From Monocercomonoides exilis PA203 (Eukaryota; Protista; Preaxostyla): 64,000 nt of DNA. Of this stretch, positions 33,935 through 47,848 are shown piece by piece. Below the pieces are notes generated by a model. That model saw only the letters and a list, made by a program, of their open reading frames with translations. It had not been told where the DNA came from and did not search any database. The first letter of the stretch is position 1; each line of letters opens with the position of its first letter. Location: positions 992,001 through 1,056,000 of the forward strand of contig LSRY02000033.1 of NCBI GenBank assembly GCA_001643675.2. Reading direction: 5' to 3'. Made by a program: the position numbers and the translations under genes.

Positions 33935-36900
33935 ATGCATTTCCTTTTTATTCTCTTGATTTCTGTTTTCAATGCTTCAAACTATGGAGAACAACAAAAA
34001 AGTAAACGAACGTTTTCTGTGGTGAATACCGCTTATCTCTCTACAAACAAGCCAGAAAAATGCAATAATCGATGCGTTACAACATTTTCGAAATGTGTAA
34101 ATTCCACAACTGATCTTTGTTCAAAAGAATGTGCATATTCGTCTTTTCCAATTGAATGCCTGAACCATTGTGAATATGAAGGTTAATAACTTGTTTAAAT
34201 ATTTTTCTTTATAAAAATTAATTTAGAAATTGATGTATGCGCTATGGATTTGCTTAGCTGTCAAGATGTTTGCTCTTACGGGATTGTCAAGGCATGCCGA
34301 GCTGAACTTGTTAAGTGCCAACAAAATGCAATTGAAAAATGTTCTGGAAAAAATATTGAACCTTTGAAATGCTCTTCTGAACAATTTGCTGCTTGTGCTC
34401 AAAATTTTGTCAACTGTACTGTAACAGGTCAAAATTATAATGGAATGAACAGTGAATGTTCTTTTGACTGCAAGCAAGAACTTGATAGCTGCGAAAATGA
34501 TATTAGAACGGAGTGTCATCGAGAATGCACTTCATCAGTTACGCGCCAGAAAAAGAGCACGCAAAATGCAAACATGACAGATGATGTTCATCAATGCGAA
34601 AGAGGATGTTTTGTAAACAAAATACCTTCTTGTCTTGATCCATACACTTCATGTATCGGAAATTGTGCAAATGATAGTAACATTTCTAATTATATGTCAC
34701 AGGTAAAGAAGCCTTCAACATTTTTTGGATGGGGATTATCTTCAGACCTTATTGTGAAGCAACAGGACACGAGTAATAATTTCAATCATTCAAAATGTGA
34801 GGACGGATGCTTCGAAGGTGTGCAAATGCTTCATTTACCAGATGAATGAACGATAAACGAAATAAATGTTGAATATATTATTTTTTTTTTTTGTCTTTCT
34901 ATGAACAGATCACCACAGATGCACCGCAAACTGCGGGATTCTCTGCAACGACAGCTGCGCCGTTGATCGGTCCTCGTCCAACTCCACTTCGCAGATGAAG
35001 CAATGCCGCGAGTGTGTGTCAGACTGCGTCTCACGATGCACATCGCAGAGGCAGCGCTGTCTTGTCGAGTGCGATGAATCCAACATCACCGAAGCAGCAG
35101 AGACACGATGCACAGAAGAGTGCACGGCTAACTCTGCTTTGTGTCTGTCTGCAGCATCCGAAGAATGCATAGCAAAATGTCTGAAGGACGATGAAGATGG
35201 AGGTGATGATGATGGAGAAAGAAAAGGAGATGGAATATTTGACAGAAGAGGAGGAAGAAGTCGAGGGAAGAGAAGGCAACTGCGAGAGATAGAGACACCT
35301 GAAGAGAAATCTTGTGTCGGGCGCTGTCTGATTGACCAAGCTGCAGAGTGCGATGAGGTGTGGTCTGACTGCAGAGACACCTGCAAAGAAAGCATTTCTC
35401 GAATCAGAAGAACACAATCACCTGTTTCAGATGCAAAAAGAGGAAGTGGAAGAAGAGGAGCTTTGTTTGAAAATGGGAATGAAGATGATGATGATGATGA
35501 AGACAAAGACGAGGAAGAAGAAGAGAGGATCGACAGCCTTGTTTTGAGAGAAAGCGAGGCTGCAGACAGAAACATGGAAGAATGTCGCAAGCAGTGCAAA
35601 GGATCCTTCCATCGCTGTTACGACGACCTTCACGAATTCTGTTCATTGGAATGCGACAAAAGAAGCCAGAAGAGGCAGATGAAGATGAAGATGGCCAAAA
35701 AGCTCAGAGGAGAGCAGCAGGGAAAGAGAGGGATGCTGACCAGCAGATACGAGAAAGGGGAGAGCGCTTATGCTTCAGGAGAAGGCAAAGAAGGTGAAGG
35801 AGAAGAGGAAGACGAGACGCAGAGAGAGAAAGAAGATGCCCGTGAAGACGTGCTGTGTCTGTCTGAATGCTACAAGCGCAATCGTCCCAGTTGTGTTGAC
35901 GAGATGAAGAACTGCTTTGGCGTCTGCCGAGATTCGTATCTTTTGCCTTCGACGTTTGCAGAGGAAGAGCGAAGACAAGCTGTTTGGGAGCAGAAGAATG
36001 GCATTGACAGCAATGGGACTGTTGTGAGAGAGAAGGACATTCCACAGCAGAATGAGAACAAAGAAAAGAGGAGACAGACAGAGCAGGCGAGAAAGATGAA
36101 GGAAAAGGAGCAAAAAGAAGCAGATGAGCGAAAAGAGCATCTAAGGCATGATCAAAAGAGGAAGGAGAAAGAAGAAGAAGAAGAAGCAAAGAGAAGAGAA
36201 GAAGCTGCAAAGAAAGAACAAGAAAAAACCAGAAATGAACAGGAAAAAGCGAAGAAGCAAGAAGAGCAGGTGAAAAAAGAGCAAGAAGAGAAAAATAACA
36301 TAGAAACAGTGCCGACTGAGGGGAAGCCAAACCGAAGGAGATATCCGCACAAGGGGCTTTTGAGCACAGAGGCGAACAAAACAGCGACAGAAAAAGAAGC
36401 CAAAGACGAAGCGAAAAGGGCGAGTGGGCTGTGTGGAATGGGATGTGCAGATGAATACGCAGAGTGTGTGAAGGCTGTGGAAGAGGAGTGTGAAAGGCAG
36501 AATGAGTCAGATGAAGAAGGGAGAAAGCGCTGTGTGGAAGAAGGCACAAAAGAATGTGATCATTTGAAGGAGAAGTGTGTTATCAAATGCAGAATTAACA
36601 TCAAAAAGAAGGACACCAGTTTCAGATTGGCTGCTATGCACCGTGAAGAAGAAGAAGAAGCAGACAATAAAAGAAAAGAAGAAGAAGAAGAAGATTTCAT
36701 TCAGGCGAAGAAGAGTGGATATGGCAGAGCAGAGCGGAAGAAGACAGCAGCGGTGGCGGTGTCAGTGGCAGACACACTTTATGAAGTGGCGAAGAAGAAA
36801 GAGCGAAGGCTGCTTCTGATCAACAGGACATTCGAAGAGTGTGCCGACAGATGCAACGAAGATGAGCTCAAGTGCATCGACCGCTGCGACGAAGACGAAA

Positions 36901-38312
36901 GCAGGTCAGCCGACGACAAACACACCACACTGGCGAGGGAGTGGAGAGAAGGGAACAAAAGATACGAGAGCAGAAGAAACAGCAGGAGCGAAGGAAAACA
37001 GGCAGAAAAGACGAAAAGGAGGCAGATGGTGCGTCTGGGGGTGAAGCGTGCTGTGATGGTGCAGTTTGGCAGCGAAGGCCTGAGGGAATGCATAACTGGC
37101 TGTGGGATGACGAGGGAGCGGTGCTTTCTGCAGTGCACAGACAGGAAAGTGAAAGGGACGATTGAGGCAAATGAGAAGGAAGAGGAAGAGAGAAGAAGCG
37201 TTTTGAGTGGGGCGAGGAGAAATTTGTATACGGCAGAGGAAGAAAAGGAGGAAGAGAAGGATGCAGATAAGGAAGAAGAAGGAGGAGGAGGAGAAAGTGA
37301 TGGCAAGACAGACAAAGCACACAAAGTGATTGCAGTCGGCGTTGAGGAGAAGAACATTCTTGAAGCGCGTGTGGAGGCAGAGATTGATGTGTTGGCTCTT
37401 TTGAAGGAGCTTGGATGGAGCGAAGAGAACGCTACCAACACAACTCCAGAAAATGAAGAGCAAAACAAGCAAAATGTGCAAAAGGGAAGAAAATCGAACA
37501 AAAGCAATGATTTTGACAGGACACACGAAAAAGACGAAGAGGTGGAGTCATTGACAGACTGTGATGCAGAGCAAGCGGTGTGCTTTGACGAGTGTGTTGC
37601 AGCAGGAGACGAGTGTGTGGCTGAAGGAAAGACAAAAAGCGAATGTTCGCCTTTGGTGAAGCGCTGTCTTGTTGTGTGCGATGAGAAGTATGCTGCGTGT
37701 GTTGGCCCGCTCCGAAAGCAGATGGCAGAAAGAGAGAGAAATGCTGGAGGTGCAGAAGAAAATGCAAAGGAAAAGATTTTGAGGGAAAAAGAACTGTGCA
37801 AAGATGATTGCAAAGAAGAGAAGGAGCTTTGCTTGAAAGACGCGTTGTTTGACACCAGTGGCAGTGCAGAGTCTGTTGAAAAATGCGAAAAGAATGAAGG
37901 AAAATGCATCAAGCAATGCGAAAAGGAAGCAAAGAAAAGTGAGAAAAAGATAATATCTGACAAAGAAGACGATGATGAAGATGATGATGACGACGAAGAT
38001 GATGATGATGACGAGGAAGAAGAAGAATACGAAAAAGCATCTGAGTACCAAAAGAGATATGCTGCAAATGATAAACAAAAGAAGAAAGAAAGAAAACAAC
38101 GAAGAAAAATAGCGAAAGAAAACAAAATTAGCCATTCCGAAGAAATAAGCAAAAACGAAGATGTGGATGGACTTGAGAAAAAAGAGTGCAACGAAGGTTA
38201 TGAACGCTGTTCTTTGATGTGCAAACGAGAGTTTGATGGGGCTTCTGAATGCTTTAGTGAGTGTTCAACACTTCTTGATCTATGCCTTTCTGGAAAACTT
38301 GATATGCAATGA
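33935..38312 (+). CDS. ~1413-aa secreted protein with repeated CxxxC helical modules and charged linkers; introns 34182-34226 and 34818-34908
   Basis: Signal peptide MHFLFILLISVFNA. Two GT-AG introns join three ORFs in frame. No TM segment seen. Confidence 0.85.
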
Positions 38313-38403
38313 AAGTTATGATTGCAAAAATTTGGGATTATTTTTCTTTTTTTACTGAATATTTTAATTTTATTTTCATTCTACTTTGAATTCTTCACTT
38401 CAA

Positions 38404-41400
38404 ATGGACAAGCCGCGAACAATTGAAAGAATTGTTGAAAAAATACAAATTGATCATAAACCATCTAAATTTTTTATTTCTAATTTTTCTTTTTTTTTCC
38501 AAGATTAACTCTTTTGAAACACAAATTGATATAGCATTCTCATTATTCTATGGTGTGTAGTAGGATGATTTTTCAAACAACATTTTGTTTCTTGTTGCAA
38601 AAAAGTCAAGTCTTGATTCAAGTATTTTAACGCAAGTTCTCCAAATGATGACGGATATCTCAGAAGGTGTTGAAATAGCAAAGAAAGAAACATTCATGGT
38701 ATGGAAATTGTAAAGTGCATTTATTGTTTGTTTTGACTTTCGAAGAAACATGAAATATTCCATTTAGCGTCTTCGTCAATCACAGCAATCAATTCAAAAC
38801 TATCCGCTTTATGTTGCTGCAGTGGCAACGAACAACGCTGTTCGCCCCATCGTTCGACAAAAAGCAATGGGAGAACTTAAACGACTTTTGGAGGATAAGA
38901 CATATACATTTGATCCATCATTATTTCAGGCAATTCGTGATCAATCACTGCAAATTTTAAACGATCAGGAAGAATCTGTTAGAACATATGCTGCAACCTT
39001 GATATCGGCTTTGATTGAGAAGGAAGGTTTTTTTAAAATATTTTTTTATGCAATTTTTTTAAATATTCAAAAAATAGGAATACAAAATTCGCTTAATATA
39101 ATTGCAAAATTACTTGAAATTATGAGGATTGGAGGCATAAATGCGACTTCACAAGCAGCAGCTACATGCTTTTGGTTTATCATTGAAGACAACTCGAATT
39201 CGTTTAACGCACCAGCAATGGAAGGGTATTTTATTTAAAATTTGAACTTGTTAACTTCTTTCTCAATTTTTTATTTTTTTGACTTTGCGTTTTTAAGACT
39301 GACAAAAACAATTGCAACCAACTTATTTCCGCTGGGGCGTCGAATGTCAACAAATGCCGATGGTATTACAATAGCAAACACACCTCAGATTATTGTCACA
39401 GCCCTTCGTTCGCTGAGGCGGTTCAGTGAAGTTGCACCTCGAGTATTTGACAGCGTTGCACAGAGCAATTATCTTCAGACGCTATTTGATTCGGCGGGGA
39501 GTGACGACGATGCTGTGTTGTGTGAGGTGATGGACTGTTTCACAGCGCTAGTTGAGTTTCCGATGGAAAAGAATGAAGCTGGGCAGATGACACACATCCT
39601 GAAGAGTTACCTGGAGCCGCTGCTGGCATTTGCCACAGACAGGATCGAAAAGGGGAAGGAGATAGAAAAGATGGCTGGCTCGCTGTTTGTGATGGAGCTT
39701 GGCAGATGTGGAATGAGAGATGTCGAAGGCCTGGGGAAGCTGCTCCTCAAAGACGATGCTGTTCTGAAAGCTATTCCAAGGCATGACTTTTTTTTTATAA
39801 AAAATATATTTTTCATTTTTATTCTTTTGCTTTAATGTTTATTTCTTTCTCTTTATTTGTCTGTGAATGTATTCATTTTTCTATTTAAATGCAGATTGCT
39901 TCCAGTTCTGATGAAGCACACTGTGATGACAGCAATTGACCAGCAGAGCTACTATTCAAACATGTCTGCAGATTCTGACAAGACAATGGCACCGTCTCAT
40001 GCGAGTGGGATGTCTGCGATGCAAAGCAGCTACGCTACACCTTCTCAGGAATCATATGGAAGTGACAGTGAAATCTATGAGGATGACGAAGAATACGAAG
40101 ACGAAGACGACATGGCTCCCGAATTCTCGCTGCGGAAGAGGTGTGCGCAGGGGATTCTGTATCTGTCCTTCTTCCACCCTGTTACTGTATTCAACACCGC
40201 TGCCCCTGTGCTGAGCAGCCTGTACACCTCCACCCCGACGGACTGGCACTTCCGCGAGGCTGGTCTCTTCTGCGCAGGCATCCTCGGGAAATACTGTCTA
40301 GTGACCAAAGAGACAAGCGACGTGGCTGCCTCGCTGATTCCGTGGATGGTCCAGTTTACGCAGGAAAAGGAGGTGTTTGTGCGGATCATTGCGCACTGGG
40401 CGATTGGAGAGTATTCGACGTGGCTGTGTGGCCCAGTCGAGCCAGAGGACGAGCAGATGGGGCTGCACGATGAAGAGAAGGCCATCCAGCAGAGCCGGGG
40501 GCTGCCACTTGCCCGTGCGCCAGACAGAACCCTGTTTGGCCAGGCAATCAACGCGCTGGTGGCAGGCATGCTGGACGAGAACAAAGAGGTTGAGCGGTCT
40601 GCATGCAGCGCATTGACTGACCTGATCAGCACTGCACACAGCAGAATACGGCCGTATGTGGACGGCTTCCTGAGGAACATCGATTTGGCTGTTCAAAAGT
40701 ACGAGAAGCGCAACCAGCGCATTTTGTGTCTGATGATGAATGCGCTGATATCTTCTGCGGCGTCGCTGTTCCGCTCGGCTGAGTATCTCAAGATGATTGT
40801 GGAGCTGCTGATCAAAATGTGGAAGGTGTTCCCGCCGACCGACCAGCTTGTCACGCCGCACATTCTGTCTGTCTTCTCCACCCTCATCACAACTGTCGAG
40901 GGTGAAGCTATTCAGAATCTTATCCTGTATCCACTGCAGAGAGCAGTGGGGACTATCAACCTTGCCCTGCAGCAGGAGAAGTTTGAGCTGATGAGATTGG
41001 CACAGGCACAGCTGGCGTCGTCTGCATCGCCTTTCATCGACTTCAGCGACGAGGCAGTGCACGAAAACGAAAATCCATCAGTCACCTCGTGCTTTGAGAT
41101 GCTACTCGCCTTCATCTCCTCGTCGAAGAGTGAGACAGTTGTGAATGTGCTCTTCTGCAAGACCACTTTCCTCGTCAACTTCTTTTCTGCATTCCACAGC
41201 CGCAATCCGTCTGTTCTGATGTCGCTGTTCAGTGTCATCAGCACTCTGGCTGAGAAGCATCCTTCTTCTCTCACTGCCCCTCTCTCTCCCAGCTGGCTCA
41301 CCCAGCCCAGCAAGCTCCCCTTCCCTGCCCCTTCTCCCGAATCTGTCGCAGCCACAAGCACAACCATCCTCGCCCAGACGTTCCCGTCTGTGCTGCTGAA

Positions 41401-42247
41401 CATCGTCCCTGGCCACATCATCCGCAGAGAGACGCCCCAGCCGCTTTTGGTGAAGATGGACTTCAATTTGACCTCCATCGCCACACACGACGCCCTCTGC
41501 CTCGCCAAATTCGCAGTCACCGCGCTGTCGTCGATTGTCGTGGCGGCGGGGCAGAAGGAGCTCCTAGAGCCTGTTCTGCCTCGTCTCCTCCACTCCCTCG
41601 TCCCTCTCCTCTTCTACGTCTCCCCCGTCCCTTCCTCTCCTCTCCCCACTCCGCCTTCTGCATACGACAAAAGAGACCTCGCTCCAGTCGATTTCCATCA
41701 TCGCGCCTTCTTCTTCGGCGTGGCTGTGGCTGAGTGTCTCTGCCAGCTCGCTCGCTTCTTCCCTGACAGCGTCGCAAACGCCATCCTCAATCCTTCTTCG
41801 TTGGCTTCCCTCTCTTTTCTCCGGAGCTGGCCTTCGTTTGCCCTCCAGCTGCTGTATGCGATGAAGATATACACACAGGACTCCTTCACTCCCATCCACA
41901 TCAACTGCATCATCGGCTTCATCAGCATCATCACTTCTACCAAAATCAACCCCTTCGCTGCTGCTGATCTGACCATGTTAATACAATGTCTTCTGTCCAT
42001 CTCAAATTCTGTGACAATGAAAGGCAATTCATCGATGCCTCCTTCTCTTTCTGCTTCGTCATCCACAACTCCTTCATCTGCCTCTATTTCAGCTGAACAA
42101 AGATTGATTCACGAGCAGATAAGTGCTATTTTGAAATATTTGGAAGCTGAATGCAGAAAGGCAGGCTCCTGGCCAAACTTATGTAAATCTTTAACTCCAA
42201 AAGAAGTAGAAACTTTAAACTCTATCTATGCAATTTCAACTAATTAA
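38404..42247 (+). CDS. TNPO1: Transportin-1 / karyopherin beta-2-like (importin-beta family, HEAT repeats); multi-exon
   Basis: An acidic loop is followed by FSLRKRCAQGI, WHFREAGLFCAGILG, VRIIAHWAIGEYSTW, MLDENKEVERSACSAL and YEKRNQRIL. These parallel TNPO1 WNLRKCSAAAL, WVVKESGILVLG, VRSITCWTLSRY, ILDSNKRVQEAACSAF and YQHKNLLIL. 5' exons are uncertain. Confidence 0.8.
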
Positions 42248-42490
42248 TTTTATTTTTTACATAATTTACATAATATATTTTATTGTTATGGGGAAATTGA
42301 ATTATACATGAATTATTAATTCCTTTTCAGTGAAATATTTTAAATTTTTTTATTTTTATGATTTGATTTGGTGTTAATTAGACAATAAGAGTTATCATTT
42401 TAACAAATTGTGGGGTCCGGATCTTTATTACTTGAATTATTTCTCGAATAAAGTGCCAAATTTTCACATAAATTTGCATGGAAACTTTGA

Positions 42491-45400
42491 ATGGGAATTC
42501 ACAATTTGCTGCAAATTCTTACTGGCATCGTAGAAACAAAACATCTTTCGGAATTTGCTGGACAGACAATTGCAGTTGATACTTATTGTTGGCTTCATAA
42601 AGCTGGAAGTAGATGCGCATCTGAAATTTGTCAAAATGTTCCAACAGATTATTTTGTGAAGTTTTGTATGGCACGTGTTGATTTGTTGAGACAGAATGGT
42701 GTCACACCAATTCTTGTTTTTGACGGACGTCATCTTCCTGCAAAAGAAGGCAAAGAGAGGGAACGTGCAACATCGCGTAAGTACAACTTATTGAAAGCGC
42801 AACAGTTGATGCGTGCTGGAAATAAAATTGGAGCTGAACAACTTTTTCAGAGAAGTGTTGATATAACTCCGACGATGGCTTACGAAGTTATAAGGGCTCT
42901 TCGAAAAGAAAATCTTCAATACATTGTTGCTCCGTATGAAGCAGATGCACAGCTTGCATATTTGTATTTTTCTGGTCTGGCATCAGCAGTAATCACTGAA
43001 GATTCAGATCTACTAGCTTTTGGTGTTGAAAAAGTAATCGTTAAACTTGATAAAACTGGTTATGGACAATTCATTGATTTTACTAGGAGAGGAGAGCTGC
43101 GGGAGTACGAATTGGGATCGCTCTCCCAAGAACAATTCCAAATGATGTGCATTTTATCAGGATGTGATTATCTTCCGTCACTTCGAGGAATGGGAATTAA
43201 AACTGCTTACAAGTTAGTGAAGACTTATAAAACAGAAGAAAATGTATGAATGGGTTTTAATTTTTTTCTCACTAAAAATTTCACTCATTTTTCTCACATA
43301 TATACAGATTATGGCAGCTCTTCCTTCATATGTTTCTGCTTCATCACCTTCATCAAAACTGAAAATACCACAGATACATGCAGCGAATGCATCAATGCAG
43401 TATATTTCATCTCCTTCCTCTTCTCCTCTTTCATTGTCTACTTCCTCCTCTGATATTCCATCATCATATCCTCTTCAATTTCACATGGCTTTACTAACAT
43501 TCAAGCATCAGACAGTGTTCTGCCCTAAAACACGCAGACTGAGATGGTTGCAGCCGATGGAGGATGGAAGTGTGTGTGAGACAGAAAGGCTTCGGAAGGA
43601 AAAAGAACGACAGGCAAACTCCTCTGACAGAAGTGATCCTTCCGCATCATCGTCGCTTGCTCCTCTAAAAGGAAAGCAGCAATCATCACTATTTCCTTCA
43701 ACTCTTTTTCCTGCTTTGTCTTCATCTTATTCATCGCCTTCTTCATCGATGTCGTCTGTTGGTCCGTCTTTGTCAGCTCCTTTCTTCTCTCAATCGTATC
43801 GGCAGCCGTATGATTTCTTGGGTCCCTTTTTCAGCAATCGCAAAGCATTTCTTGTGTCTCTGGGGGAACTCGATCCATTCACATTGACACCACTCGGAAA
43901 GAGACACGTGGCAATACACGGAAAGATGAGTGATCCAAAGGAAGACGAGAGAAAGAGAGAGAAAGCTGATGCGAAGGAAAATGAAGTTGGAAACAAATCG
44001 ATGAATGATGAAGAACAGGATGCTGAAACAAAAAGTACAACGAAGAAAGCAAATATCACAGAAAATGAAGAAAAAGACCAAAAAGATTCGTTTACAGACG
44101 AAAGAGCAGACAAGGAAACAATGGATGCATTCGATGAAAACGATACAGAAGAATTTCTTGGGGCAAAGCGGAAGATAAACAGAGAAGAGGGTTCAGAAGG
44201 TGATGCAGAAGAAGAAGAGAAGCAAAAGAAAGAGCGTCCACACATTTTGAAGGAGCTGCGAGAAGGAGAGCGCAAACGGCTGAGGAAAGAGTGCAGAAAC
44301 TACAGTTTCTTCAGCAATTCTCCGAGTCAGAACAACAAAGATGGTGATTCTCTTCTTGAAAGAAGCAGTCTGGCTGACGGAGACATCTGCTCCGCAAAAG
44401 GATTTATGGACTGCGAAGAAATAGACGAGCCTTCTTCATCCACTTCACCATTTCTGTCGCCTTCACTCACACCTTCCCTTTCCCTTATGCACACACCAGT
44501 CAGCCACATCCATAGCCCCACCCCTCTTCCTTCTCCATGCTCTCCTTCTTCTCCTTCTCTGATGACTCCTTTGTCTCCCCTCACTCCAATTCCCAGTTCT
44601 CCTTCGTCTGTGTTCTCCTTCTTCTTCTCTGCCAAACAGCCCGTACTCACTCGGCGCAGTGCTTCTACAGAGGAACAGCAATCATCCCAGCCGTCTTCTC
44701 AGTCATCAGCCACATCAGCCACAACACCACTTGCAGTGTCTTCTCCTCCATCCGTCTTTCAGCATCTCTCTCCTTCTCTCCCTCTCTTAAAGTCTTCTCT
44801 CAACAACGTCCGCACTCATCCACTTTCTCCAACACGCTCGCCTTCTCTTTTCTCATCGTCTGCTTCCAACACAACCCCACTGCCTTCTCATCGCTCGCTT
44901 CGCTGCTCTCCTTTGGTGTCTTCTTCGCCTCTCGAGAAATCTGCACCACCTGACCAGCCACAAGGGAGCACTGAAGATGTCAGGTATTTGCAGAACAGCC
45001 AAAGAGTGGGAAGCATATCATTGAAAAACGAGTGGGAGAAGAAAGAAGAAGAACTTCGAGAAAGCAAAGACAGAAAGAAAGACAAATCTGAAAATGAAAA
45101 GAAAATAGAAGAAAACATTTTATTTGACGACAAAATGACAAAGCAAAAAGAGCTCAACAGAATAATTGCATCTTCGCCTTCTCCAAAATACACAGAACAA
45201 AAACGTCTTCGGCTGTCTTCGTCTCCATCACCTCCAAATTGTGTATTGCAGTCGTGTCTGTTGAGTCCCAGTGAAAAATACATTACATCTCGTTTTTCTG
45301 GATCTGCCAACTGCACACCTGAAGAAATTGATCCTCTTTCTGAAGAAGACTCTCCACTCCAATCCACTCCACCATTTTCTATGGATTCACTGGCACCTAA

Positions 45401-46061
45401 TTCTCCCTCGCTATCCACTTCAAATAGAATATCAGTCATCACTTCATCGCAACATTCATTATCTTTGGCTCCTTCATTACAATCAAGCACTTCTGCACAC
45501 ATCACTTACAATGCAGATTTATCTGATAATGTGCCTTCACAACATGCCTCTCAGTCACAGCCCTTGTCACAGTCACCCTCTCCATCTCCCTCTCCATCAC
45601 AGCCTCTATCACAATCGCAGTCATTGGCATTACAACAATCTTCCTCAACTATTCATTCTGACTTGTCTATGCATTCACAGTCGCCCATTTCCATTTCGCC
45701 AAAGCAGCTGTCTTCCACTTCAATGCCTTCACCTATCACATTTCCTATTTCTATTTCATCTTTATCTCCACCCAGCGCTTCTGCAAAAACTGCATTTCGC
45801 GAAGAAAGTTCGTCGTATCTTCGTTTTCTTGAGCCTTTCACCACACTCACCACAGCCCCAACATCACACACCTCGGGGTCTCAACCTTCTGCATCTTTAT
45901 ATGGTTCTTTTCCTCTTCAAAAGGAGTTGCGCTCATCAAAACAACAAAGTTTTGGTGCTACCTCATTTTCTTTCTCTCCACCTCAATTGGTTGTTGCTCC
46001 ATCAACAAGAAGACAAGTCCCAGCTTCGTTGCCTTTTATCAAAAAGAAAAATTTATATTAA
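42491..46061 (+). CDS. EXO1: Exonuclease 1 (XPG/Rad2 family); intron 43244-43307; long disordered C-terminus
   Basis: Motifs MGIHNLL, AVDTYCWLHK, LVFDGRHLPAK, VAPYEADAQLAYL, ITEDSDLLAFG, CILSGCDYLPSLRGMGIKTA and TFKHQTVF. Confidence 0.95.
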
Positions 46062-46520
46062 CACTGTTTACAATGAATGTGATATGTTACAATGAATTTT
46101 ATTATTTTGATTAGCTTTTTTTTTTCTAATTTAAAGTTTATGAAAAATATTTTTTTTTTGATTTTGTACACCAAAAATAATTCGTAAAGAGAATTTTTGC
46201 AATAAAATTAATAGTTTTTCAAAGGAAATAATAGTTTTTTCTTTCAAAATAATAAATTTGCATCAAAACAAAAAAATATTTTTGTGTTAAAAATGAAAAA
46301 TTTTTATGTTTTCATAGGAATTAAAAAAAAAATTTTTTTTTGGAAATTCATATGTTTGATGAAGTGAAGCGGTATTTATTTATAGAGCATAAAATTTAAA
46401 CGATTCTCATAAAATGAAATTGTTATTTTTTCTTAGAAAATAATCAACTGTTTAGGATGTAGAAGATGCATAATAAAATGTCTCCTTTGTTTGAATTATT
46501 ATTAATTAACTTTTGAATGA

Positions 46521-46920
46521 TCACTTTTCTTATAGGCGGACACTTTCCAAATGGCCGGGCAGCAGACTTTTCTCAGCAGCTAATGATTGTTGATTTTAGA
46601 TCTTTTCCCACATCGCTTGTCAAATGAATATGAGTACATGCAGTTTGCCAAGAATGAAGAATTCTTATGAACTCATTTTTTAAAAATATATTTTGTTTTT
46701 CGGAAAATTTCGGAAAAACAAATTCCTTTGTGTTTCTCCGAAAAACAAAATATATTTTTAAAAAATGAGTTCATAAGAATTCTTCATTCTTGGCAAACTG
46801 CATGTACTCATATTCATTTGACAAGCGATGTGGGAAAAGATCTAAAATCAACAATCATTAGCTGCTGAGAAAAGTCTGCTGCCCGGCCATTTGGAAAGTG
46901 TCCGCCTATAAGAAAAGTGA
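46521..46920. repeat. Perfect 184-bp inverted repeat (46521-46704 / 46737-46920) with a 32-nt spacer
   Basis: TCACTTTTCTTATAGGCGG...TTTTTCGGA and TCCGAAAAA...CCGCCTATAAGAAAAGTGA are reverse complements. Confidence 0.95.
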
Positions 46921-47054
46921 CCATCAAGATGACTGCGACGAAAAAGTTTTTTTCAAAAACAAACTCGAAGACAATAACTTTAACAAAAACAAAAATTGAA
47001 ACAACATTGAAAATTATTTAACAAGCATAAATAATAATAATTTCAAACAAAATA

Positions 47055-47510
47055 CAGTCTAAACCGGATATACTCACAAGGAAGATAATCAAAATCGTTT
47101 ATTGTCACATTTTTCGATACACCGACATTTTTTGCTTGGTTTTCTTTCATTTTCCATCGCTTTTAATCGCAGGGCTGAAAATGAATGTTAACATTTTTTA
47201 TTGTTATTGGTGATTTTTTCAATGCAAATTTATTATTTGAACAAAAATTTCAATTTTTCGCATTATCTAAAAATATGCTCAAAAAAGTCAAAATAATGTG
47301 TATTAATGAAAAAAATTAATTTCGAAAGTGAAAAATGCGTTTTTATGAAAAATTTTCAGAAATGGAATAATTAACTCAAAATTCATTAATTAATTTATTA
47401 ATTTTTATTTTTATTTATGTGTGTGTTAAACAGCATCTGATATTATCACAATCGGTTATAGTCACAAAAAGTTGTGCAAAAACCGATGTGATTATATCCG
47501 GTTTTGACTG
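47055..47510. mobile_element. Tc1/mariner-pogo (Tigger-like) MITE, 456 bp, TA TSD
   Basis: TA|CAGTCTAAACCGGATATACTCACA ... TGTGATTATATCCGGTTTTGACTG|TA. Confidence 0.8.
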
Positions 47511-47848
47511 TATTTCATTAATAGTCAAATCAATATAGTTCTGGTTTTTATTTCTTGTTGTTTCTTTAACAAACTGTAATGGAATCGACTATTTTCAATT
47601 GCTCACTAAACAAAATTTTATTAATCGATTGATTATCGGAAAGATCAATGAAAATGAATTTTTAAGTTTTCATTTGTCCAAATTCGCTTTTGTTTTCTTC
47701 GACAAATCATTAAAATTTTGGAATCGTTGCATTGTATAAACAAAAAATATGAAGCGGCAAGTCACAACTTTAAGTAACATTCAGAAACTCGTTTTTTTTC
47801 GGATTTTTTGTGATAGAATGATTTAATATCAAATAGTAAAACATGCTA

